Under the pieces are notes generated by a model that was given only the letters and a program-made list of their open reading frames with translations, was not told the DNA's origin and made no database searches. From a virus (Duplodnaviria; Heunggongvirae; Uroviricota; Caudoviricetes): DNA of 24,000 bases. The position numbers were made by a program, and so were the translations under genes. How positions within the stretch are numbered: position 1 is the stretch's first letter; every line of letters begins with the position of its first letter. The DNA is taken from IMG/VR virus record IMGVR_UViG_2541047916_000002; one strand, 5' to 3'. Positions 7,945 through 16,396 of this stretch are shown piece by piece.

Positions 7945-10423
7945 TCTTATCCGTCAGGTTATCAGTGCGTCTGAAAACAACTGGCCTCATGTGCTGGGCT
8001 GCCTGAACATAAATGTCCCTGACTCTCCGCGCCGTCATGCTCCCTGCCCTGCATGTGGGGGCAAAGATCGATTCCGGTTCGATGACAACGGGCGCGGTAG
8101 CTTCATCTGTAATCAGTGCGGCGCTGGTGATGGGCTGGATTTAATTAAACGCGTAAATAACTGCGACACAACAGAGGCGGCGCTTCTTGCCGCTGATGTT
8201 CTGGGTATTGATTACCGGACAACGGAAACACCAGAAGCCACCAGCCAGAAACGGGAACAACTGGAAACCGAGCGCCAGCGACGCGAACAGGAGCGCCTGA
8301 AAAGGGCAGAGAAGGACGAACAACAAAGACGGGATACGTTTTCCCGTCAGTTTGATGACATGCGCAGAAAGGCTGTAAACGGCAAATCTGATTATCTGGT
8401 TGCGAAAGGGGTAGGTGATTTTACATTCCCCGTGTTGCCCGATGGATCTCTGTTGCTGGCGCTGGTGGATAAATCCGGCGCAGTAACAGCAGCACAGACT
8501 ATTACCTCACATGGTGAAAAAAGACTCCTGACAGGTTCAGCAAAGCGGGGGGCATATCACGCCATAAACGCACCAGAAACAACACAGAGCATCTTAATCG
8601 CAGAAGGGCTGGCAACGGCATTATCTGCCCATTTAATTCGTCCAGAGGCGCTGACAGTGGCGGCGATTGATGCCGGGAACCTGTTATATGTCGCCCAGGT
8701 ACTGCGGGATAAATTTCCTTCAGCACAAATCATCATTGCTGCGGATAACGACCACAGCGAAGGAAGACAAAACACGGGGAGAATAGCAGCAGAAAAAGCA
8801 GCTTTATCTGTTTCTGGATGGGTGGCATTACCCCCGACAGATCACAAAGCAGACTGGAATGATTACCACCAAAAACACGGCATTAAATGCGCCACAGAAG
8901 CGTTCAATAAGTCAATGTACCAACCACAGGGTAATGGCGTGAAACAGGAGCCACAGACCATTGAGGGAAGCGATTTTAAGGTTATGGATACCGACCCACT
9001 GAAACCAAGAATAGAAAGCCGCGAGGATGGTATTTATTGGGTATCTCCGAGAGCTGACAGCCAGAGTGGAGAAATCATCAATAACGAAAGCTGGTTATGT
9101 TCTCCGTTAAGCGTTATCGGTACTGGCAGAGACGATAAAGACCAGTATCTCATTCTTCGCTGGCTGTCGTTTGGTTCTGAAACGCCGACAACCGCTGCCA
9201 TTCCACTGGCTGATATTGGTGAACGTGAAGGATGGCGCACACTTAAAGCTGGTGGGGTAAATGTCACGACCAAAAGCAGCCTCAGAGCAATACTGGCAGA
9301 CTGGCTACAACGCAGTGGCTCTCGTGAATTGTGGCGTGTTGCTCATGCCACTGGCTGGCAATGCGGAGCGTACATCATGCCTGATGGGGAAATCATCGGA
9401 ACACCTGAAAATCCTGTGCTGTTCAGCGGGAGAAGCTCAGCCGCAGCCGGATATACCGTCTTAGGGAGCGCGAAAAGCTGGCGTGATAACGTGGCGCGTC
9501 TGGCCTTTGGTAACTATTCAATGATGACCGGGATCGGCGCAGCACTGGCAGCGCCATTGATTGGGCTGGTGGGCGCTGACGGGTTCGGCATTCATTTCTA
9601 TGAGCAGTCGAGCGCAGGTAAGACCACCACGGCAAACGTGGCGAGCAGCTTATACGGCAACCCTGATTTACTGCGGCTGACGTGGTACGGAACCGCGCTG
9701 GGGCTGGCAAATGAGGCCGCCGCCCACAATGACGGACTAATGCCGCTTGATGAAGTTGGTCAGGGCGCTGATCCTGTCAGCGTTTCACAGTCTGCCTATG
9801 CGTTATTTAACGGTGTAGGGAAACTGCAAGGCGCTAAAGATGGTGGAAACCGGGATCTAAAACGTTGGCGTACAGTGGCAATCAGCACCGGAGAAATGGA
9901 TTTAGAAACATTTATCGCTACTTCCGGGCGAAAAACCAAAGCCGGGCAACTGGTGCGACTGCTGAATATTCCGTTGAGTAAAGCAGTACGCTTTCACGAT
10001 TACCAGAACGGAAAACAGCACGCAGACGCACTGAAAGACGCTTACCAGCATCACCACGGCGCGTCCGGGCGTGAGTGGATTAAATGGCTGGCAGACCACC
10101 AGCAACAGGCTATTAAAACCGTTCGTGATTGCGAAAGCAGATGGAGAAGCCTGATCCCATCCGATTATGGTGAGCAGGTTCACCGTGTAGCCGCGCGATT
10201 TGCCATTCTGGAGGCCGCATTGTTGTTAGGCGAGGTTGTAACAGGCTGGGATGCTCAGACATGCCGTGATGCGATACAGCACAGCTATAACGCATGGTTG
10301 CGCGAGTTCGGCACAGGTAACAAAGAGCATCAGCAGATTATTGAACAAACGGAGGCATTTCTTAATGCCTATGGGCTTAGCCGTTTTGCACCATTTCCAT
10401 ACAGCCCGGCAGATTTGCCCATC
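7928..10423 (+). pseudogene. P4 alpha-like primase-helicase, N-terminal 832 codons, interrupted by an IS21-family insertion (the last two codons of the 833-aa ORF, 10424-10429, are IS-derived)
   Basis: Primase zinc ribbon (CPACGGKDRFRFDDNGRGSFICNQCGAGDG), Toprim (IAEG ... AADNDH), P-loop (SSAGKTT); the reading frame continues in frame at 12841 once the IS and one TSD copy are removed. Confidence 0.75.
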
Positions 10424-10488
10424 TATTAGACGTCAACTAGTTTTGCCGACTCGCGCCAACTATACTGGCCGCACCCTTCAGTGCGACA

Positions 10489-11244
10489 TCAAGTCGCGCT
10501 TGTTACTGCCTTCGCTGTCTTTTTCCTGTAGCTTTCACCTTTCAGTTCGAACATATATCCGTGATGGATCAGCCGGTCTGCCGCCGCCACCGCCATAGTC
10601 TCATCCACGAAGATGCTGCCCCACATGCTGAACGGATGGTTACTGGTTATCACCAGGCTCCCACGTTCATAGCGATGCGCTATTAACTCGAACAGTACTC
10701 CCGTTTCGGCGCTGTCGCGTTTGACATAGCCAAGATCATCCACCACTATCACCCGGTAGCGATCCAGTTTCAGTAGCAGCTCATTCAGTTTCAACTGCGC
10801 TCTGGCTTTACGTAGTTCCTGCAACAACTCTCCTGCGCTGTAGAACCGGGCCCGGTAGCCCTGGCCTACTACGCCATCCACGATCGCTGCCGCCAGATGG
10901 CTTTTCCCCAACCCGCTGGCTCCGAACAGCAGAACGTTTTCTCCTGCATCAACCCAGTCTGTCGTTTCACAGAGTTGCCGGAACTGAGCTCCATTCAGTT
11001 CCGGCACCTGACTGAAGTCGTATTCGCTTAGCGTTTTGGCAACTGGCAACCGGGCCTCCTTTTTATAACGACGCAGTTTTTCACTCTCGCGCCACAGGAG
11101 TTCTTCATTGCATAGCGTCAGAAGATAGCGCGATGGTGTCCAGCCTTCTGCCAGTGCTCGTTTTTCCAGAGCGTGCCATTCAGCTCCAACTCGTGTCAGG
11201 CGTAGTTTACGCAGGCTGCGTTCAAGGTGATGGATATTGCTCAC
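10489..11244 (-). CDS. istB: IS21-family ATP-binding helper IstB
   Basis: 251-aa ORF with Walker A GASGLGKSHLA; typical IstB size and position. Confidence 0.85.
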   Translation of the reverse strand: MSNIHHLERSLRKLRLTRVGAEWHALEKRALAEGWTPSRYLLTLCNEELLWRESEKLRRYKKEARLPVAKTLSEYDFSQVPELNGAQFRQLCETTDWVDAGENVLLFGASGLGKSHLAAAIVDGVVGQGYRARFYSAGELLQELRKARAQLKLNELLLKLDRYRVIVVDDLGYVKRDSAETGVLFELIAHRYERGSLVITSNHPFSMWGSIFVDETMAVAAADRLIHHGYMFELKGESYRKKTAKAVTSAT

Positions 11245-12740
11245 TGCGAACCTCCCTTGCCACGCAGTAGTTGCTCATAACTGCTCAGGTTATGCTGTTT
11301 CACATTGACTACCGGCAACGCCTTTTCCTTTATACCCAGGAAGCGCATCAGCCGGTGCAGATCCACGTTTCCCGGGGTATTCAGCATCTGCTCCATACCT
11401 TTTGCCACGACTGAGATATCGTCGTATCCTGCAGCCAGTTTCAGAGCATGTACCATCAGCCTGCCTGCCATGTCGGGTTCCAGATGATTACATAAGCGAC
11501 GCCACAGCCTCCGCCATTCATCGTCTGGCAGGATGTCATTTCTCAGCGTTGCATGGCAGAACGCACCGGGCTTTTTTGCCAGACTGTCGATCACATGTCG
11601 GAAGTCGATACGACGGGCCCGCGTCTTCCCTTTTTCTGGTCTGACACGTGGGCAGCTCATGACCTCGCTGCTGCCAACGTAACAGCTCAGACGATCGTCC
11701 CATAACCGGACCCGTAACAGTTGACCTACAAGCCGGGAAGGTACGCTGTAGACGACGTGCTTCACATTGATGGTACTGCTGCGGCTAACCCTCACAGTCA
11801 GCTCATCATAGTCAGCACTGCGACGAAGCGGCAGCGGTTTCAGATGAAGACGTTCTTCCTTGACCAGATCCTGATTGTTACGGTTGTGCCGCATAACCTG
11901 CTGAGTGATGAAGGCCTGATATTCTTCTATGGTGCTGAAGTCGTTACTGCCCCGCAGTATCAGCGCCTGACAGATACGCCTTTTCAGATGTCCGTGGGCA
12001 CTTTCAACCGAGCCATTTTCGTGGCCCCGACCGGCATTATTGTGTACGCCCTGCATTCCGTAGTGCTGACAGAGAGCAGCATAACGCTCAGTCAGCTCGC
12101 GGCGTCCATCTTCGCCCTGTTGTTTCCATGCTGCCCTCAGGCTGTCCGTTTTATGTTCTACCGGCACTCCGCCCAGTTGTCCGAGGGCTTCCTGCAGACC
12201 TTCAGCCAGAGCAGAGAAGCTCTCACCACCCAGCACAACCCGCATCCAGCTCCAGTGGCTCCATTCCAGACGGAAGTGATACAACTTATGCGCCAACAAC
12301 TTACCGGCGATGGTGACAACTACACCTTTCAGTTCAGTAAAGTCCGACAGACCTCGCAGACCGGGCTGATGTCGCTGGCGGAACATGACCTCCTGCTCTG
12401 CACCATACTGTAGCTTCCATTCGCGGACCCGCCGTTGCATTGTTCTTCGAAGGCTGTTGGGGTACTGGCCGGGATATTTATCCTGTAGCATCTCCAGCAG
12501 AGTTGTTGGTGTCAGAGCCGGCCTCTCTTTCAACAGAGGAACAAGCATGCTGTCCCACACAGCTTCCAGAGGATCTTTGCGTGTGCGCCAGTGCCGAACA
12601 CTGTTTTTTGCCCACTCTCCTTTTTCGATCCGACGACCAGAACGGACTGAGATACCAGCCTTCATGGCCGAGATATGCTGAGTTATACCTTTCTTACGCT
12701 GAGTCATATAGTAACTGACCTGAGAAGTATTGAGCGTCAC
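11241..12740 (-). CDS. istA: IS21-family transposase IstA
   Basis: 499-aa ORF with N-terminal HTH and a DDE-type core; 4-nt overlap with the downstream istB. Confidence 0.85.
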   Translation of the reverse strand: MTLNTSQVSYYMTQRKKGITQHISAMKAGISVRSGRRIEKGEWAKNSVRHWRTRKDPLEAVWDSMLVPLLKERPALTPTTLLEMLQDKYPGQYPNSLRRTMQRRVREWKLQYGAEQEVMFRQRHQPGLRGLSDFTELKGVVVTIAGKLLAHKLYHFRLEWSHWSWMRVVLGGESFSALAEGLQEALGQLGGVPVEHKTDSLRAAWKQQGEDGRRELTERYAALCQHYGMQGVHNNAGRGHENGSVESAHGHLKRRICQALILRGSNDFSTIEEYQAFITQQVMRHNRNNQDLVKEERLHLKPLPLRRSADYDELTVRVSRSSTINVKHVVYSVPSRLVGQLLRVRLWDDRLSCYVGSSEVMSCPRVRPEKGKTRARRIDFRHVIDSLAKKPGAFCHATLRNDILPDDEWRRLWRRLCNHLEPDMAGRLMVHALKLAAGYDDISVVAKGMEQMLNTPGNVDLHRLMRFLGIKEKALPVVNVKQHNLSSYEQLLRGKGGSQ

Positions 12741-12840
12741 GCCATTTCCTGTTGGATCATGTAAATGACACTCAGGTTACAAAACCGGCCAGAATAATCG
12801 GCGCCAGGCGGACTGAGTTATTGTCGTCTCATAGCCCATC

Positions 12841-13104
12841 AAAGATTTAGCCGGATACCGTCAGCGTGGAGAACATGACGAAAGCCCAATGATTTTCTAC
12901 ACATTCCCGGCCACATTTGAAAAGGAGATCGCATGTGGTTTCAACGCAAAACAGTTTGCTGAAGTGTTGAAAAAAGCCGGGATGCTAACCCCACCAAACA
13001 GCGGTCGTGGATACCAAAGAAAATCACCACGTATTCAGGGACGACAAATAAACGTTTATGTACTCAATTACCAGCCAGGAGATTATAACTCATCTGAAGA
13101 ATGA
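12841..13104 (+). pseudogene. C-terminal 87 codons of the IS-disrupted primase-helicase
   Basis: Open and in frame with the primase ORF across the restored junction (10423 joined to 12841); the ORF-track entry 12889-13104 is its ATG-started tail. Confidence 0.55.
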
Positions 13105-13129
13105 GCTTCTTCATGTGCGTAGAAAAGGT

Positions 13130-13240
13130 GTTGGTTCAGTTGGTTCAGTTGGTTCAATTTGTAAAGAGTATTGTTTTATAAGGATTTTATTCTTTTTATT
13201 GAACCAACACTGAACCAACAACACGGTATTTTGAACCAAC
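13130..13240. repeat. iteron cluster, putative island replication origin: 3x GTTGGTTCA, 43-bp AT-rich spacer, 3x TGAACCAAC
   Basis: Six 9-mers read directly, immediately downstream of the primase gene, as in P4/PICI-type ori arrangements. Confidence 0.55.
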
Positions 13241-13349
13241 ACAATGTGACTGAATTGATGCGCACAACACCTGGCTGGCATCAGAGAGTGTTTTACGAGA
13301 CTTTCGTAAAATCCTGTGTACAAGGGCGTGACGTTTTTGAAAGTGAGCA

Positions 13350-13366
13350 CTACGAAATTTTCGTAG
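13350..13366. promoter_or_regulatory. 17-bp palindrome CTACGAAATTTTCGTAG (putative protein-binding site)
   Basis: 8-bp arms around a central base; two related copies at 22149-22184. Confidence 0.3.
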
Positions 13367-13560
13367 TTCAAAAAACAGCCTCTGAGAAGTTGTTATGCCT
13401 GTTCAGCAAACCATCCGCATAGCTGATCGCGAATCAAATTACCAATGGAGCCAGAAGCAAGGGCAGAACTGAAAAGCGCCTGCCGTGAAGAGTAATGCGA
13501 CACCATAAATATAGTTTTTAGAGTCCATAAAAAACCTGTCAAAACCTGACACACAGAACG

Positions 13561-13593
13561 ATGCCACCAGCTACTGAGCGGTGGCATTTTTTT
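13561..13593 (+). terminator. intrinsic terminator (ATGCCACC-loop-GGTGGCAT followed by T7)
   Basis: 8-bp GC-rich stem plus a seven-T run; separates the ori region from the cargo module. Confidence 0.6.
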
Positions 13594-13688
13594 GTGCTAT
13601 TTGTTTCATATTTTGCAATTACGATGATGAATATTGCGATTTGTGAAACTATAATAACTGTTGTTTTATACAGTTCTAAGGGGGCGTT

Positions 13689-13850
13689 ATGGCTATTTCA
13701 GTAAAGCAGGTATTGATAAGTGAGAAGCAAATGGAAGCGATAAAGAAAATTCAGGAAGAGCAGCGTAAAAAATCAGGAATTGGAGTAGCGCCAACTCTGC
13801 ATGAAATTGCACGAGGGTTAATAGATAAGGCGCTGGCAGGCTGTATGTGA
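13689..13850 (+). CDS. small protein (53 aa), possibly a ribbon-helix-helix-type regulator
   Basis: Not in the ORF track (under 60 aa); AAGGGGG SD 5 nt upstream; TATAAT at 13650-13655; RHH assignment is a guess from size and predicted strand/helix pattern. Confidence 0.3.
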   Translation: MAISVKQVLISEKQMEAIKKIQEEQRKKSGIGVAPTLHEIARGLIDKALAGCM

Positions 13851-13866
13851 AAATGGATGGCATCGC

Positions 13867-14328
13867 ATGGAACTAAAATTTATTGATAACCCTGTGCGAT
13901 TACAGGCCTTTCTTAACGAGCCAGGCAATACCGAAAATATTGTTGAGCCGGGGCACACGTACTACATCAAGCCTGATGCGGTATATCTCGGCATCTACGA
14001 AGGATTAGTGCTGGCTGGCGTTCATGAAGTGCGTAACTTCTGGCATAGCGTTGTTGAATGCCATGCGGTGTACGACCCCGGATTCCGTGGTGAATATGCA
14101 CTGCAAGGGCATCGATTATTCTGCAAATGGCTTCTCGAAAACTCACCATTCCTTAACAGCATTACCATGGTTCCTGACACCACCAAATACGGACGGGCAA
14201 TTATCCGTTTGCTTGGCGCTACCCGTGTTGGTCACCTTGATGATGCTTATATCAGATGTGGTAAACCCGTCGGCGTAACGCTTTATCAGTTAACTCGGCA
14301 ACAATATAAGGAATTCAGCGAATGTTAA
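13867..14328 (+). CDS. hypothetical protein (153 aa), first gene of a virion-protein-like module (position equivalent to P22 gene 14)
   Basis: ORF translationally coupled to the next gene; no motif recognised. Confidence 0.45.
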   Translation: MELKFIDNPVRLQAFLNEPGNTENIVEPGHTYYIKPDAVYLGIYEGLVLAGVHEVRNFWHSVVECHAVYDPGFRGEYALQGHRLFCKWLLENSPFLNSITMVPDTTKYGRAIIRLLGATRVGHLDDAYIRCGKPVGVTLYQLTRQQYKEFSEC

Positions 14329-14975
14329 TTACCCACATAGCTCATAAACATCTCAATCGTGCCGTATACGAAAAAGGCGGTGATGGTGGTGCCTCTAAAG
14401 CTCAGGCGAAGGCCCAGCAGCAGGCAATTGATTTGCAGCGCGAGCAGTGGAATACGGTGATGAATAATCTCAAGCCGTATGCAGAAGTCGGATTGCCTGC
14501 TTTACAACAACTACAAGGACTGATGACTCTGGAAGGGCAGAATAAAGCCGCGAATGATTTCTTTGGTTCTGGTTTATATAAAACACAGGCAGATCAGGCC
14601 CGTTATCAGAACCTTGTCTCAGCAGAAGCTACCGGGGGGCTTGGCTCAACAGCTACCAGTAACCAGTTATCTTCCATTGCGCCCATGCTTTATAACAATT
14701 GGCTTAGTGGGCAAATGCAAAATTATGGAAACCTGCTAAATGTCGGGATGAATGCGGCATCAGGGCAGGCAACAGCAGGGCAACTCTTGCAGGGGCTTGG
14801 CGCTATTCGTGCAGGTCAGGCGCAGCAGCCATCCAGTCTTGCGCGTGGTATTGGTGGGGCGGCATCAGGCGCTTTAGCGGGTGCGCAACTTGGTTCCGTT
14901 GTTCCGGGTATAGGTAATGTCGCCGGGGCTATTGGTGGTGGGCTTATTGGTCTTGTTGGGGGGCTTGGATTCTAA
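14322..14975 (+). CDS. ejection-protein-like, P22 gp7-type (217 aa) with Gly-rich hydrophobic C-terminus
   Basis: Size, Q/A-rich composition, C-terminal glycine-zipper-like segment and gene order (217/473/701 aa versus P22 gp7/gp20/gp16 at roughly 229/471/609 aa); homology not verified. Confidence 0.45.
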   Translation: MLITHIAHKHLNRAVYEKGGDGGASKAQAKAQQQAIDLQREQWNTVMNNLKPYAEVGLPALQQLQGLMTLEGQNKAANDFFGSGLYKTQADQARYQNLVSAEATGGLGSTATSNQLSSIAPMLYNNWLSGQMQNYGNLLNVGMNAASGQATAGQLLQGLGAIRAGQAQQPSSLARGIGGAASGALAGAQLGSVVPGIGNVAGAIGGGLIGLVGGLGF

Positions 14976-16396
14976 TGGCGACATGGCAACTTGGCGGGCT
15001 GCCTAGCATGGCACCGCAAAATGATAATGCTCCTCGTTCTTCCGTTCCTCAGCCTGTGCAGTATCAGCAGCAGCCAAACGTAGGTTTAATGGCGCTACAG
15101 GGGCTAAGAGGCGTTGCTGAGATTAATCAGCAGGCACGTCAACAACAGCGTAAAGCAGAGTTTCAGAAAGCATATGCCGGGGCTTTTGAGTCTGGAGACA
15201 GAAACAAAATGCGCAGTCTTATTTCTGAGTATCCAGAAGAATTTGAAAGCGTTCAGAAAGGGATGGGCTTTATTGATGACGACCAGAGAAATTCTATTGG
15301 TCATCTTGCGACTAGTGCTCAAATCGCATCTTCGCTCGGAACTGGGGCATTTGGAAAATTCATAGCAGATAACGAAGATGAAATGCGTCGCTTGGGAATT
15401 TCTCCTGAGTCTGTTGCCGAAATGCATGTTAATGATCCACAGGGATTCCAGCGGCTTGCTGGTAGTATGGCACTGTTTTCTCTCGGTCATGAGAAGTATT
15501 TCGATATCAAAGATCAAATGGAAGGTCGGGATATTGAGCGTGGCAAGTTGGCAGAAACAATCCGCAGCAATCAGGCTGGCGAAGCACTTCAGGCGAGAGG
15601 GCAGGATATTAGCCGAGCAAATGCGTTAACGTCAGCATATGCACCAACAGCAGCAATGCAGAATTACAATCAGTACGCTCAAATGTTAAAGGCGGATCCA
15701 GAGGGGGCGGCGGCATTTGCGGCAGCGGCTGGAATTAATACAAACGCCAAAAAATTAATGAGTGTTAGAGAAAACGATGATGGCACTGTCACAAAATACT
15801 ACACAGACGGAAGTGAAGAGCAGGGAAAACTAAACCAGCCAATATCTGGAGATGGGTTTCGTCCAATAGCTTTGCCAACAGCCCAAAAGATCATGGAAAA
15901 GTCGCCAGAAGGGGCTAAAAAAGCTGCTGGATTTGCATACAGGGTTAGGGATGCTCTTGATTCAATAGATACACTGAAAGACCAGCTTAGCCCACAGCGA
16001 GTGGCGATCATTAATAATGCTTTGGGTAATGGGACGCTGGCTAACTTAACGCTCAGCCCAATAGAGCAGCAATACGTTGTTAATGCTAATGACGCAATAA
16101 TGGCAATACTCCGTCAGGAAACAGGGGCATCTATCCTACCAGCTGAAATGTCCAAATATTATCAAATGTATTTCCCTCAGCCTGGTGATTCCACAAAAAC
16201 CATTGATACCAAGCGCCGGAAGATGGAAAACCAGTTCAATTCGCTGAAAGCTGCTTCTGGTCGAGCTTATGATGCTTTGCGGGTTATTTCAGCAGTTGAC
16301 AGAGGAACTTCTTCTTCGTCGCAGACATTGCCGCAATCTGAGCAGGTATCACAGCCAGCAGCCAGCAGTAATTTTTCTTCACTATGGGGTGATTAA
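14975..16396 (+). CDS. ejection-protein-like, P22 gp20-type (473 aa)
   Basis: TAATG coupling to the upstream gene; Q/A-rich low-complexity protein of matching size and order. Confidence 0.45.
   Translation: MATWQLGGLPSMAPQNDNAPRSSVPQPVQYQQQPNVGLMALQGLRGVAEINQQARQQQRKAEFQKAYAGAFESGDRNKMRSLISEYPEEFESVQKGMGFIDDDQRNSIGHLATSAQIASSLGTGAFGKFIADNEDEMRRLGISPESVAEMHVNDPQGFQRLAGSMALFSLGHEKYFDIKDQMEGRDIERGKLAETIRSNQAGEALQARGQDISRANALTSAYAPTAAMQNYNQYAQMLKADPEGAAAFAAAAGINTNAKKLMSVRENDDGTVTKYYTDGSEEQGKLNQPISGDGFRPIALPTAQKIMEKSPEGAKKAAGFAYRVRDALDSIDTLKDQLSPQRVAIINNALGNGTLANLTLSPIEQQYVVNANDAIMAILRQETGASILPAEMSKYYQMYFPQPGDSTKTIDTKRRKMENQFNSLKAASGRAYDALRVISAVDRGTSSSSQTLPQSEQVSQPAASSNFSSLWGD

Larger units (their letters stand above)
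10423..12834 (-). mobile_element. IS21-family insertion sequence (istA-istB), about 2.4 kb, with imperfect terminal inverted repeats of about 45 bp and a 5-7 bp target duplication (CCCAT within GCCCATC)
   Basis: Left end TATTAGACGTCAACTAG...CTGGCCG matches the reverse complement of the right end TATGAGACGACAATAAC...CTGGCCG; GCCCATC is present at 10417-10423 and 12834-12840. Confidence 0.8.

Noticed and set aside
10251-10598. 115-aa plus-strand ORF spanning the primase end and the IS boundary
   Set aside because: Crosses the IS terminal inverted repeat and overlaps istB on the other strand; an artefact of the insertion junction.
11305-12718. Plus-strand ORFs of 60-230 aa within the IS21 element
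   Set aside because: Antisense to istA, whose identity is well supported; no RBS context; shadow ORFs.
13130-13240. CRISPR array as an explanation for the 9-mer repeats
   Set aside because: Units are only 9 bp, partly tandem without spacers, occur in inverted orientation around an AT-rich core, and no cas genes are present; iterons fit better.
13111-13422. ORFs of 86 aa (minus) and 83 aa (plus) over the iteron cluster
   Set aside because: They read through the 9-mer repeats and AT-rich spacer; an origin-like repeat structure explains the region better than coding.
14024-16011. Nested or antisense ORFs (60-137 aa) inside the ejection-protein-like genes
   Set aside because: Contained within longer, translationally coupled ORFs on the plus strand; no independent support.
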